Positions 1 to 10,478 are shown, counted from the stretch's first letter. The stretch: 64,000 nucleotides of DNA from Clostridium manihotivorum (GCF_004015185.1 NZ_CP025746.1:1441776-1505775), one strand, 5' to 3'. The notes: generated by a model not told the origin, from the letters alone. Numbers and translations: made by a program.

Positions 1-2
1 AT

Positions 3-470
3 GAAATTGAAGAGAAAATAATTCAAAAGGAAAGTTTTGAAGATGAATCAAAAGAGCTTCCTGACTATGATTCTCTTAGAGTAGATCAAAATATACCTTA
101 TACGCTCTATGATGATTATACTCATAAAAGGCCAGCTGGGTTTGAAATTTTTGGAATGAGACAAGATGCAAAAGATTGGAAAGAAGTACTCATTAAAACT
201 TGTGAAATATTGGCTGAAAAGGACCCTGTGAAGTTTAATACTTTTGTAAATGACAAATCAATGCAGGGACGTAAAGTTTCCTACTTTTGCAATGATCAGA
301 AAGGTATTAGAGCTCCACGACATGTTAAAGGAACGGATATTTATCTGATGACAAATATGAGTGCCAATCAAGTTAGGAACGTTATCGAAAGAATGCTTAG
401 AAGATATGAGATTAAGATTAATAATTTTAAGATTTATTTGAAAGCAGATTATACTGCCAGACATGAGTGA
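3..470 (+). CDS. 3' end of a gene continuing upstream of the window; hypothetical protein, possibly restriction-associated C-terminal domain
   Basis: Frame 3 is open from base 3 to the stop at 468-470 (the ORF track shows only the Met-initiated part, 156..470). No recognisable catalytic motif. Confidence 0.4.
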   Translation, partial: EIEEKIIQKESFEDESKELPDYDSLRVDQNIPYTLYDDYTHKRPAGFEIFGMRQDAKDWKEVLIKTCEILAEKDPVKFNTFVNDKSMQGRKVSYFCNDQKGIRAPRHVKGTDIYLMTNMSANQVRNVIERMLRRYEIKINNFKIYLKADYTARHE

Positions 471-567
471 TTCTTCAAAGTGTAAAATATAAATTATTAT
501 TTTACACTAAGTAATTATAAAGAAAGAAAATAAAAGACTAATAATATTTGATTTATGGAGAATTTTA

Positions 568-3078
568 ATGTTAAAAGATAACAAAATATTAAAATATATT
601 GACGATGTTCAAGAAGTTTTAGAAAAAAATCAGTATAGAGTTCAAAGATATAGAAATAATTTAGAGTGGTTTAAGAATAGAAAAAAACAAATTAATAATA
701 GCATTATAAGAGTAGCTATTATGGGTATAACTAGCAGCGGAAAATCTACATTAGTAAATGCAATACTTGGAGAGCAGATTCTACCAGTAGCAATAAAACC
801 AAGTTCTAGTATTATAATTACTTGCTCTAAGGCAAATGATAGACAGGCTACTATATTTTTTGAAGATGGAACTTGCAATATATTAAAAGGTAAAGATTTA
901 AATGAGAAAAATATAGGAAAGTATGCTGATGAGTCTAATAATCCCAATAATAAATTCAAGGTGGTACAAATAGATATTACGACACCAGCGTTTTTATTAG
1001 GAGATAATATACATATAATAGATAGTCCAGGTTTAGATGCATGTAATCTAGATATGCATGAGAGACTTACTATTGAAGTATTATTACCAACAATAGATAT
1101 TTGCATTTTTTTAACTACAGTTAAAGCAAATAGTGATGCAGTAAATGTAGAGAAAATTAAAATTGTAAATAGTAAAGAAAAGCAAATTATTCTTGTGCAA
1201 AATATGATAGATTCCATTGAAGCTAAGATTGGAAAAAATGGAGTAGTTGTAGAAGATAAAAGAGAAATTTTAAAGAAGCATAAAAAAAGGGCTGAAAATC
1301 TTTTGAAAAGTGGAACAGGTACTAATAATAACTTTGAGGTTATTCAATTATCAGCACTTAATGCATTAAATGGAATAATGAGAAATGATAAAGCTTTATA
1401 TAATGAGTCCAATTTAGATAAATTTAATAAAGCAATTAAGTCATGTATAGTAAAGATTGCTCCTAAGCTAGAACAGCAAAGAATTGAAAGTATTTCAGAT
1501 AAAATTCATGAAATAATAAACCAGGAAGAAAAAATAATAGGTAAAAATCAAGCAGGAAATATAAGTAATATAATAGCTGTAAGTGATGATGAATTCAGAG
1601 AGTTTGTAATTGAGTTTGAGGATTCAAAGGAAAATATAAAATTGAAAATAGATGAAATAGATAAAATTACGAGAGATACAATTACGAAGATTAGTGAATC
1701 TAATTCAACTGAGATTGACGGATATGAGAGTATAATTGAAGAGATTAATAAAAAAAATAGACAAATCGAAAATAGCATTATAGATATAGTAAAAGGTAGG
1801 GAAGCAAATAAGCAAGAATTGTACAGAAAGCTTAATTTAGACATGAGACAGGATTATTCTTTGCCAAGTATGGAAAGTAAGAATTTAGAGGTAAAGCATA
1901 AGTATGAAACAAAAACAATATATCATGAAAAAAGTGGCTTATTAAATTGGATAAAAAGAAAAGCTGCTAGTCCTTTTGATGCTGACTGGGGATATGATGT
2001 AGAATACAAAGATGTGAAAGTTATAGATAAAGACTCTACAATAAAAATGGTTGAGAACATATGTAATCAAAATAAAGCTAAATATTTAAGTGTTTTAGAA
2101 CAGTGGAGAACTAACTATTATAGAGCAATAAATTTATTTAAGGAAGAGTTAAATAAACAAAAACAAGAGTATGAGGAAAAGTTAAAGAAAAAAGTTGAAA
2201 CTGATGAGATACAAGATGTAATTAAAAATCTTAAGAACTTGCTTAAAAGTTTAAAAGTAAAAAATAATAATGATGTAGAAGAATCAATAGCAGTTACAAT
2301 AAGTGAAGATAATAATGCGTGCGTTAAAGAAAATAAAGTTATAATTTCAAGGGCTCAGTATGACATGTATATATTAAGTAATCAAATTATTGAAAAAAAT
2401 TATTTAAAAATTGGAGAATATATTAAAGAAAATGGAAATGAAATTCTAAAAGTAAAAAGTAATCAAGTTTTTTGGACATGGGATCTAGAGCCATGTATTG
2501 AGTTCATTTCAAGAGTTTGTGGTATAAGTTTCACTGAAGAAGATTTGACTAATATTAGGAAAAAAGGAGTTCTACTTAAAGAAAGTATTTTTATTGTATA
2601 TGAATTATGTGAAAATAAAGAGCATTTATATATTGAGTTAAGCAATATAAAGAATCAAATATTTAATATGTATATTTTATTTAATGGTATTCAAATAGGA
2701 AATACAGAAAAGCAGATTATTAATAATAATATTCTTCAAGAATTTTCACATAATAATACAATTGTAGTTAATATGGTTATAGATTCTTATAAGGAATTTA
2801 TCAATGCTGATAATATAAGCGAGCTTTTATTAGAAGTTGAAGTATTAAAAAATAAGTTTCTAAAGAAAATGTATAAGGTTAAGGAAGGATATATATTAAT
2901 TAATTCTAAGAACCCAATGTATAATATTGCATTAATAGAATGCCAGGAACAAAAGAAGCTTATTTTAAGTTCTTATAGAACTCTAAAATTAAAATTATTT
3001 AAGAGTTCATTATTAAGGGGGAAAAATGATCAGGCAGTTGTAGAAAAGATACTAAAGCATTATGCAGATAAAAAATAA
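568..3078 (+). CDS. bacterial dynamin-like GTPase (DLP) 1
   Basis: P-loop GITSSGKST near the N-terminus, G3 DSPG and a long helical C-terminal region. It is 836 aa, a typical large-GTPase size. Confidence 0.75.
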   Translation: MLKDNKILKYIDDVQEVLEKNQYRVQRYRNNLEWFKNRKKQINNSIIRVAIMGITSSGKSTLVNAILGEQILPVAIKPSSSIIITCSKANDRQATIFFEDGTCNILKGKDLNEKNIGKYADESNNPNNKFKVVQIDITTPAFLLGDNIHIIDSPGLDACNLDMHERLTIEVLLPTIDICIFLTTVKANSDAVNVEKIKIVNSKEKQIILVQNMIDSIEAKIGKNGVVVEDKREILKKHKKRAENLLKSGTGTNNNFEVIQLSALNALNGIMRNDKALYNESNLDKFNKAIKSCIVKIAPKLEQQRIESISDKIHEIINQEEKIIGKNQAGNISNIIAVSDDEFREFVIEFEDSKENIKLKIDEIDKITRDTITKISESNSTEIDGYESIIEEINKKNRQIENSIIDIVKGREANKQELYRKLNLDMRQDYSLPSMESKNLEVKHKYETKTIYHEKSGLLNWIKRKAASPFDADWGYDVEYKDVKVIDKDSTIKMVENICNQNKAKYLSVLEQWRTNYYRAINLFKEELNKQKQEYEEKLKKKVETDEIQDVIKNLKNLLKSLKVKNNNDVEESIAVTISEDNNACVKENKVIISRAQYDMYILSNQIIEKNYLKIGEYIKENGNEILKVKSNQVFWTWDLEPCIEFISRVCGISFTEEDLTNIRKKGVLLKESIFIVYELCENKEHLYIELSNIKNQIFNMYILFNGIQIGNTEKQIINNNILQEFSHNNTIVVNMVIDSYKEFINADNISELLLEVEVLKNKFLKKMYKVKEGYILINSKNPMYNIALIECQEQKKLILSSYRTLKLKLFKSSLLRGKNDQAVVEKILKHYADKK

Positions 3079-4132
3079 AATTATTTTAAAAGATATAAAT
3101 TTGGGAGGAACTATGAAAGATAAATCAATTGCAATTCAATGTGATGAAATGACACAAGAAGTAATGAAAGACTTACAACAGACGATGGAAAGTTCATTTT
3201 GTAGAACATCAGAAAGTTTAAGTGAGGAAATTGTACAAAAGTTAGAACCAATCAGTAGTTCTTTAAGCAAGCTTAGAAATGATTTTTCTGATAGCAATGA
3301 AGAGAATATTGAAAAGTTAGATGAGTTAATTGAGGAGATAAGTAATATTTCAAAATCAATAAAAGAAAGTGTAGAACAACAGGTTAAAAGTATATTAATA
3401 GAGCAGGCTCAAGCCATAGAAAAAGTGTTAGTTGATAACACACAAGAGATAAAAGATATAATTGAAGAAAAGGATAATGTTGTTTCAGATAAATTAGGTC
3501 AATTTAAGAAGAATATATTAAATGAAATATTAAAGCTTAATGATAAAATCGATGATAAAACAGTTGTCGAAATAATAAACAAGCTTGAATCAAATTTTAA
3601 TGATAAATTTAATAGTATACAAGAAGAATTGCAATCTGGAAAAGAAGAAATAACAAGTTTAAATATGCAATCTGCAGAGGAAATAGTAAAAAAGATAGAA
3701 AATTCAATAGATAGAAATGTTACAACCAATAGAGAAGATATACTTAATGAGATATCAAAGCTAAATCAGAAAATCGATGATAAAACAGTTATCGAAATAA
3801 TAAACAAGCTTGAATCAAACTTTAGTGATAAATTTAATAGTATGCAAGAAGAATTGAAATCTGGAAAGGAAGAAATAACAAGTTTAAATATGCAATCTGC
3901 AGAGGAAATAGTAAAAAAGATAGAAAATTCAATAGATAAAAATGGGGAAACAAACAAGGAAGACATATTGAACGAGATATCGAAGCTAAATCAGAAAATC
4001 GATGATAAAACAGTTATAGAAATTATAAACAAGCTTGAATCAAGCTTGAATGATAGATTTAATAGTATGCAAGAAGAGATAGAGTGGGGCAATAAATCAT
4101 TTTTTGCTAGAATCTTTGGAAGGAAACGATAG
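3062..4132 (+). CDS. coiled-coil protein with tandem ~80-aa repeats
   Basis: Charged, heptad-like sequence. The block ...ISKLNQKIDDKTVIEIINKLESNF.DKFNSMQEELKSGKEEITSLNMQSAEEIVKKIENSID... is repeated about 2.4 times. The gene is embedded between dynamin-like genes and overlaps its neighbour by a few bases. Confidence 0.6.
   Translation: MQIKNKIILKDINLGGTMKDKSIAIQCDEMTQEVMKDLQQTMESSFCRTSESLSEEIVQKLEPISSSLSKLRNDFSDSNEENIEKLDELIEEISNISKSIKESVEQQVKSILIEQAQAIEKVLVDNTQEIKDIIEEKDNVVSDKLGQFKKNILNEILKLNDKIDDKTVVEIINKLESNFNDKFNSIQEELQSGKEEITSLNMQSAEEIVKKIENSIDRNVTTNREDILNEISKLNQKIDDKTVIEIINKLESNFSDKFNSMQEELKSGKEEITSLNMQSAEEIVKKIENSIDKNGETNKEDILNEISKLNQKIDDKTVIEIINKLESSLNDRFNSMQEEIEWGNKSFFARIFGRKR
3505..4080 (+). 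repeat. ~240-bp tandem direct repeat (about 2.4 copies) inside the coiled-coil gene
   Basis: Near-identical DNA blocks start at ~3505, ~3745 and ~3985. Antisense ORFs 3499..3729, 3766..3966 and 3991..4239 in the track echo the same repeat. Confidence 0.8.
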
Positions 4133-4138
4133 AGTAGG

Positions 4139-5899
4139 ATGAGATATATAGATTTAATTAACAATTCAAAGTTTAATGAATTAATTGAGAGGTATTTAAA
4201 CAATGTTATCGATGGAATAGATGCTAAAGAATATTTCAAGCATTTTACAGAAAACTTAAAGAATCAGGAAATAATTGTTCCAGTATTGGGGATACAAGGT
4301 GCAGGAAAAAGCAGTTTTCTTAATTCTATTTTAATGGATGATAATATTTTGCCTACAGATGTTGATGAAACAACTTGTGTTCCAGTAGAAGTGAGATATG
4401 GAACTAATACAAGTAAAGCTGAAATATATTTTCATGAAAAAGAAAAGGAATTAGTAGATGTAAGCACTTTAGAAAAATATGTACATAATGATTACAATCC
4501 AGCTAATGAATTAAGAGTTTCTAAAATAGTCTTATATAATGAAAGCGAAATTTTAAAGAATAATGTTGTGCTTGTTGATTTACCAGGGGTAGGAAGTTTA
4601 ACTCCAGAAAATCAGAAAACTACATTAGATTATGTAGAAAAGCTTGTTACTGCTATATTTATGATTAGAACAGTTCCACCTATAACAAGAACTGAAAAGA
4701 ATTTTATTAACGCATTATGGCCAAAGCTTAGTAATACTATTTTTGTTCAAAATAAATGGAATGATGAAAGTAATGAAGAGGCAGAGGATGCAAAAGAGCA
4801 TAATCAAAGTGTTTTACAAAGCATTAGCAATTCACATAATGATGAAAGAGATATTAATGTTAACATAGTTAATGTGTATGAGGCAATACAAGGAAAATTT
4901 TTAGATAATGATGAGAATTATAAGAATTCTGGAATATTGAATGTAATAAAAGAGATAAAGAATATTTCTACTGACTATAATAAAGATTTGGAAAGTACTT
5001 TAAACATGAGAGTAGAGGGAATATTGAATAATATAACTTCTATAATTGAAGATAACAAAAGAATATGTAATAACCAAAATAATCAAAATGAATTAGAAAA
5101 AGAGAAAAGAATTATTGAAATAAAGCAGATTCTTAAAGAAAATAAAAAAAATATTAGGCAAATAAAAAACTATGTTTATGATGAGATGGACATTATTATC
5201 AGTAGAGTTCTAAAGGATACAAAAGAAAATATTGAAAATACAAGAACAGAACTCAGAAGAATGATAAATACAGGAATAGTTGATGGTGAACTTCTTTCAA
5301 ATATATATAAAGAAGAAGCTGAAAAGGCAATTAATAATATAATGGAAAATCTGCTAATGAACATGGAAGATCTTACTAATACACTAAATGAAAAACTTGG
5401 ATTAATAAGAATAAAAGGTTTTGATGGAAAATATGAAAATAGATCATCTTTTAATAAAAAGGAAGCATTTAAATTTGAAAAGGCTGTAAATCCAATATTA
5501 AGTATTGGAGGTGGAATAGCAGCAGTTTTTATTGTTGGTGGAGGAATACCTGGAATTATTATAGGTGCTGGAATAGGAATTATATGTTCTATATTTGGAG
5601 GACTAATAAATAAAGGTATCAAAAATGTAAGAGTTAAAAGAACAATAGAAGATTTGGAGCCTATAATAACTCAATTGAAAAAAGACTTAGATAAACAAAT
5701 TGTTGATAGTTTAAGAGGAAAAAGGGACGAGATTGAAAGTGAATTAAATAAACTAAAAGATGATTTAGAAAATGAATGTGATAAGGATATTGAAAAAATA
5801 GAAGAACAATACTCAGGTAAATTTGATGAAAAAAATATTGCAGCGCTAGATATGGATTTAGAAGATGTAAAAAGAATGAAGGAGGCTATAAATGAATAA
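4139..5899 (+). CDS. bacterial dynamin-like GTPase 2 with a membrane paddle
   Basis: G1 GIQGAGKSS, G3 DLPGVGS and G4 NKWND (NKxD). A Gly-rich hydrophobic segment GGGIAAVFIVGGGIPGIIIGAGIGIICSIFGG is present. Confidence 0.75.
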   Translation: MRYIDLINNSKFNELIERYLNNVIDGIDAKEYFKHFTENLKNQEIIVPVLGIQGAGKSSFLNSILMDDNILPTDVDETTCVPVEVRYGTNTSKAEIYFHEKEKELVDVSTLEKYVHNDYNPANELRVSKIVLYNESEILKNNVVLVDLPGVGSLTPENQKTTLDYVEKLVTAIFMIRTVPPITRTEKNFINALWPKLSNTIFVQNKWNDESNEEAEDAKEHNQSVLQSISNSHNDERDINVNIVNVYEAIQGKFLDNDENYKNSGILNVIKEIKNISTDYNKDLESTLNMRVEGILNNITSIIEDNKRICNNQNNQNELEKEKRIIEIKQILKENKKNIRQIKNYVYDEMDIIISRVLKDTKENIENTRTELRRMINTGIVDGELLSNIYKEEAEKAINNIMENLLMNMEDLTNTLNEKLGLIRIKGFDGKYENRSSFNKKEAFKFEKAVNPILSIGGGIAAVFIVGGGIPGIIIGAGIGIICSIFGGLINKGIKNVRVKRTIEDLEPIITQLKKDLDKQIVDSLRGKRDEIESELNKLKDDLENECDKDIEKIEEQYSGKFDEKNIAALDMDLEDVKRMKEAINE

Positions 5900-7673
5900 T
5901 CTTAATAGTTGTATTGAAAGACAAAATAAAATTGATTCTGTTGTGAATAAGGTTAATGATAACAGCATTATAGCAAAAAACCTTCTTATTAAAGAGAGGA
6001 TAATGAATCCTGCTCATTATATTGTAATGCTTGGAGAGACAAGCGCTGGAAAAAGTGCGTTAATAAACAGTGCTTTAAATAATAATAAAATTTTAATTGA
6101 AAATGCAAAACCTACTACTGGAGTAATTACAGAAGTTGTGATTTCTAATAAGAGTGAAGATACATATTTAGCGATAAATAAAGATTCAAGCTTAGAGGAA
6201 TTAGATAAAGAAACTTTTGATGAACTTGTAGTAAATCCTGATGATAATTTGCATAGGCTAAGATATATTGGAAAATCTAAAGATAATATGTACGAGGGAA
6301 TGAGACTTTTTGATACACCTGGATATGGATCTTTGATTAGTTATCACGAAGAAGTATTAAAAGAATTCATACCTGAGAGTGATGTTGTTGTTTATGTGGT
6401 ATCCTACAAATCGGGATTAGGTGATGATGATTTTCAATTTTTAAAATATGTTGGAGAGATAATAAACGATAACGTAGAAGTTGTACTAGCCATCAATATG
6501 TGTCCATCTCAATTAAATTCTAGCAATAAAAGAATAAGTGAAATACATGATGCAGTTAATGATTGTATACATAAAGAAGTTAAAGTATTTCTTGTAGAGA
6601 GTAATAAAGAAAAGAACTTAGATACAAAAGAATTATGGGATTATATTTATAGAAGTGTAAATAGTGAAGAGAAGATAGAAGAACTTTGCAAAACACTATA
6701 TAATTATCAAAATTATATTTTAGATGAGTGTAAAATTCGAGTAACTTCACAAATTGCAAGGATAGAATCAGCAGAAGCAGATTTAGAAGAAAAGCTAAAT
6801 TTAGATAGAGAATTTTTAAATAATAGAAAAGAAATTTTAAAGCTAATAGAAGAGACATTTACTAAAATAGCAGATAAATCTTTAACTTTAATAATCAAAT
6901 CATCAGAAAAAATAAAGAAAGAAACATATGGATTCATAGATGATTCAGATAGATGGAGTAAGAAGGAAGAAACTTTTGCATATATGCAAAATTATCATAT
7001 TCCTAAATTAGTAGAAAAAGAAACAGAAAATTTAATGAATTATATTGAAGATGAAATATGTCAATTAGATCAGAAAATTGAAAACATATTAAATACTGCA
7101 ATTAAAAATTTGCAAACTAAAGTAAGCATAGAAATACCAATATATACAGAAGTGATAGAGAGTATTGTTAAAAAGCATGTTGGAGATGGCATTAAAGAAG
7201 GTTTAAAAGAAATGTTTATGAGTGTAGGTGGAAATGGAGGTGTTGGAGCAGGGGTTGCTAATGCGGCAAGTAAAGGACTGAAAAATTTAGGAAACTTATT
7301 TGGTAAGACCTTTAGTAGAGAAACTCATAATAATTTAAAACATTTTTTAAAAGTGATAAAAGCTACATCAATTAAAGGTATATCAGTGTATTTAGCTGTT
7401 TTTACAGAAGGCATATTCTATTTATATGATGCATTAACATGGCAAGGAAAGTTAAAGGATAGAACAGAGGAAGCAATTTCTGGGTGGAAAATTGATATTG
7501 AAAAATCTGTCATTAAAGAGTTGCAGAATTTAAAAGAAGCAAATGAAGATGAAATAAATGATTTATTTGATGATTTTGCAAGAAGCTTTAATAAAGATGA
7601 GGATGAGTTAGATAGTATTGAGATAGATGAATTAATTAAGTTAAAATTAGAAATTTTAGAGCTATATAAATAA
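5892..7673 (+). CDS. bacterial dynamin-like GTPase 3
   Basis: G1 GETSAGKSA, G3 DTPGYGS and a Gly-rich segment GGNGGVGAGVANAASKG. Its start overlaps the upstream stop, indicating an operon. Confidence 0.75.
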   Translation: MNNLNSCIERQNKIDSVVNKVNDNSIIAKNLLIKERIMNPAHYIVMLGETSAGKSALINSALNNNKILIENAKPTTGVITEVVISNKSEDTYLAINKDSSLEELDKETFDELVVNPDDNLHRLRYIGKSKDNMYEGMRLFDTPGYGSLISYHEEVLKEFIPESDVVVYVVSYKSGLGDDDFQFLKYVGEIINDNVEVVLAINMCPSQLNSSNKRISEIHDAVNDCIHKEVKVFLVESNKEKNLDTKELWDYIYRSVNSEEKIEELCKTLYNYQNYILDECKIRVTSQIARIESAEADLEEKLNLDREFLNNRKEILKLIEETFTKIADKSLTLIIKSSEKIKKETYGFIDDSDRWSKKEETFAYMQNYHIPKLVEKETENLMNYIEDEICQLDQKIENILNTAIKNLQTKVSIEIPIYTEVIESIVKKHVGDGIKEGLKEMFMSVGGNGGVGAGVANAASKGLKNLGNLFGKTFSRETHNNLKHFLKVIKATSIKGISVYLAVFTEGIFYLYDALTWQGKLKDRTEEAISGWKIDIEKSVIKELQNLKEANEDEINDLFDDFARSFNKDEDELDSIEIDELIKLKLEILELYK

Positions 7674-7719
7674 TAATGACAAATAGTCTAAAACGTAGAA
7701 GATAAGAATTGGAGATGTA

Positions 7720-8229
7720 GTGATGGACAATACAATTTTACCTGTTGCAAATAGCAGAAGAAGTAGAGTAAGTAATAAAGAAAGCCAGACTATAGTTAAT
7801 GGTGGATACCAAGAAGTATATACAGATATGAATTCTACAAGAGTTCATTCTGAGTCAAACAATAATGGCAATAAAGAAGTATTAAATAAATTTTTAACTA
7901 ATGAAAAAATAATAAGTTCGGTAGCTGATAATATGAGTACAGTTTTAGATATAGCAAAAGAAATAGTTAGAATTAAAGGTAGCAGGATTGAAACTCAAAA
8001 TACATTAGATATTATGGATAAAGAGATAGATAAATTACAAGCAGCTACAGATGATTATGTAAGACGTGTAAGTGAGGATATAAAGACTTTGGCAAATAGA
8101 GCTGAAGTAACTTTAGAACTAATGAATAATCTTACAAATTCATTAAAAGAAAATAACATGAGTGATGATATAAAGGCACTTTTAATTAATGCAGTTTCAA
8201 GTTCAATTGATAAGGTGTGGGAAAAGTGA
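7720..8229 (+). CDS. hypothetical protein
   Basis: ORF in operon position after the DLP genes; no recognised motif. Confidence 0.4.
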   Translation: MMDNTILPVANSRRSRVSNKESQTIVNGGYQEVYTDMNSTRVHSESNNNGNKEVLNKFLTNEKIISSVADNMSTVLDIAKEIVRIKGSRIETQNTLDIMDKEIDKLQAATDDYVRRVSEDIKTLANRAEVTLELMNNLTNSLKENNMSDDIKALLINAVSSSIDKVWEK

Positions 8230-8549
8230 TAGATAAAAAGGATATTATTGATATAGCAATTGCACTAGTTAAAGATGAGGAATATAAAAGGGCAAATAGG
8301 CTTATTATTGATAAGATGAATCAAGTTCTAGAAAAGAAAACTGAAAGTGACAGGGAGAAAATAAGAGAACTTAATAAAGAAATCTTTATGCTAAACAGAA
8401 CTATAGATAAATATATATTTAAATTAAAAGAAATAAAAGGTAAAGTATCAAATGATTTATCCTTAAAGAGATTAGAAGATTGTTTAGTGGAGATTGAAAA
8501 TGAACGCAAAAGAATAATAATAGAGAAGAGAAATATATCATTTAGATAA
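8217..8549 (+). CDS. hypothetical coiled-coil protein
   Basis: Overlaps the preceding ORF, suggesting translational coupling. Charged, helical composition. Confidence 0.4.
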   Translation: MGKVIDKKDIIDIAIALVKDEEYKRANRLIIDKMNQVLEKKTESDREKIRELNKEIFMLNRTIDKYIFKLKEIKGKVSNDLSLKRLEDCLVEIENERKRIIIEKRNISFR

Positions 8550-8786
8550 AGTAATTATTAATATAGAAAGTTATTCTAGTAATAGAAATGCAAATTATCT
8601 TGAATTTAGATAATAATTATTTATGAAACTTGATAATAAACTAATATTTCATTGGTCTATTAATTAAGCCTATAAATTGTCAAAGATTAAGTAGGCTAGA
8701 GAAAATTCTACTCAATGGTCTATACAAAGAAGAGTTAAAAACACTAAAAGATATTTTAAATAGTATGGAATTGTAAAATTGAAATG

Positions 8787-8830
8787 AGACATAGGGCTTA
8801 CCAATAAACCTATGTCTCATAATATTTTAA
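8787..8830. terminator. hairpin terminator, possibly bidirectional
   Basis: atgagacatagg-gcttaccaataaa-cctatgtctcat, a perfect 12-bp stem flanked by A/T-rich runs. It lies between the DLP operon and the convergent sigma gene. Confidence 0.5.
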
Positions 8831-8888
8831 GTATTTCTATACGTTTTTTATAAAATTTATATTTGTAGAGATCCTGTGTAATGATAGC

Positions 8889-9488
8889 TTAATTTGTGAA
8901 GTTACAATACTTGTCTACTTTAAATGCAAGCTTTAGTTTACTAAGAATACTTGTTTTCATATCAACAACCTTATAATAAGGAATCATTTTAAAATCGGAA
9001 TACTTCTTCATGGAATAGCCTTTAAAGAAAATATATAGTACAAGTTCCTTTTCTTTTTCATTTAGAGTATTAATGATAGAGCTTATCTGAGACTTTACTT
9101 GATTTTGGCAAATAATATCTTCAACATAATTCATATCGCAACAATCTATGTTCTCCAAGTTAGTATCTAACATAACTACCTTAGAACCATCAGTTAACTG
9201 TCTTCTTACAGATTTTCTTATAAGACAATTAACTGAATTCTTCATAGCATTAGTAGCATAAGCTACAAATCTATGTTTTTCTGGTTCATAAAGCTTTATA
9301 CAATTAAATAAAGTTTTATAGCATTCATTTCTTATATCATCAAATTCATATCCACTTACAAAAGATTTCTTACACAGATTTATTATAAAAGGGTTAAATT
9401 CTGAAACTAATGTTTCTTTAGCTTCTTCATTATCTTCCTTGCATAGCAGTACTAGATTTTCAATATGTTTATAATCCATAAATATCAC
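8889..9488 (-). CDS. sigma-70 family RNA polymerase sigma factor (small, TcdR/UviA- or ECF-like)
   Basis: 199 aa with the region 2/region 4 pattern of small sigma factors (...YATNAMKNSVNCLIRK..., C-terminal HTH-like segment). Divergent from a cell-wall hydrolase gene. Confidence 0.55.
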   Translation of the reverse strand: MIFMDYKHIENLVLLCKEDNEEAKETLVSEFNPFIINLCKKSFVSGYEFDDIRNECYKTLFNCIKLYEPEKHRFVAYATNAMKNSVNCLIRKSVRRQLTDGSKVVMLDTNLENIDCCDMNYVEDIICQNQVKSQISSIINTLNEKEKELVLYIFFKGYSMKKYSDFKMIPYYKVVDMKTSILSKLKLAFKVDKYCNFTN

Positions 9489-9546
9489 CTCTCAACTAAA
9501 ATATATGCCAGTCGGCATATATCTAAGGAAAAGGAGGTAGATACTC

Positions 9547-10248
9547 ATGAAAATATCAAAACTAGCTATAGATATAGGCCACAATGTTCAATTTGACGGG
9601 GGAGCAGTAGGTATAAGATCAGAAAATGAGCTTAATTATGAGGTAGGAACAAAGCTTATAGAAAAATGCAGAGCTGAAGGGCTAAATGTAATTAACTGCA
9701 CTCCTAAAAGTGCCACTAGCTTATATGATTCTTTAAATCAAAGAGTAAAAGCGGCTAATAATAACAATGCTGATTTCTTTATTTCCATTCATCATAATTT
9801 ATGTACTGGAGGCCATGGATCGGAGATATTATGTATTCCAGGAGGAAGAGCTGAAGAAGCTGCTAAAATAATTCTTACTGAGATCGCAAAGTTAGGTTTT
9901 ACGAATAGAGGAGTAAAAGCAAGAAATGATTTGTTTGTACTAAAAAATACTAATATGTCTGCGATACTTATAGAATGTGCTTTTTGTGATAGTCCAGTCG
10001 ATATGAATAATTATAATCCAGAGAGTATGGCAGAGGCAATATTTAAAGGGATATGCAAAGCATTTGAGCTAAATGTATCAGAAGATAATCGGTCTACTGA
10101 GCAAGCTAATTATTATATAGTAGTAAGAGGCGACACATTATATTCAATAGCTAAAAGGTATGGAACTACAGTTGAAAAAATAGCTTCACTGAATAATATT
10201 GCCAATGCTGATATTATCTATGAGGGACAGAAAATTAAGGTTAAGTAA
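9547..10248 (+). CDS. N-acetylmuramoyl-L-alanine amidase (Amidase_3) with C-terminal LysM domain
   Basis: DIGHN...ISIHHN...E motifs of the zinc amidase_3 family. The C-terminal [30 protein letters not shown]...GQKIKV is a LysM domain. Confidence 0.8.
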   Translation: MKISKLAIDIGHNVQFDGGAVGIRSENELNYEVGTKLIEKCRAEGLNVINCTPKSATSLYDSLNQRVKAANNNNADFFISIHHNLCTGGHGSEILCIPGGRAEEAAKIILTEIAKLGFTNRGVKARNDLFVLKNTNMSAILIECAFCDSPVDMNNYNPESMAEAIFKGICKAFELNVSEDNRSTEQANYYIVVRGDTLYSIAKRYGTTVEKIASLNNIANADIIYEGQKIKVK

Positions 10249-10440
10249 AAGTTTTAAGGAGATTGATAGAATAGATTATAATTAAAGAAAGTTGATATTT
10301 ACCAAGTTATACTAAGTGTCCACATAGCTGCAATCAAATAAAGTAAACAATAAGCTTAAATAGTAAGATAAGTAGAATATAAAGTAATATATATTTAATT
10401 AAATAGTCTATTTAGGAGATCAATTATATATACTGAATTG

Positions 10441-10478
10441 ATAAAGCCTGCAATTTTAATGGATTGCAGGCTTTTCTT
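10441..10478 (+). terminator. rho-independent terminator
   Basis: aaagcctgcaa-ttttaatggat-tgcaggcttttcttt: GC stem followed by a T-run. Confidence 0.6.

Noticed and set aside
642-1217. 191-aa minus-strand ORF (and similar ORFs at 1548..1844 and 2463..2645) inside the first dynamin-like gene
   Set aside because: Antisense to a strongly supported coding frame. Composition is hydrophobic/low-complexity, typical of AT-rich antisense frames.
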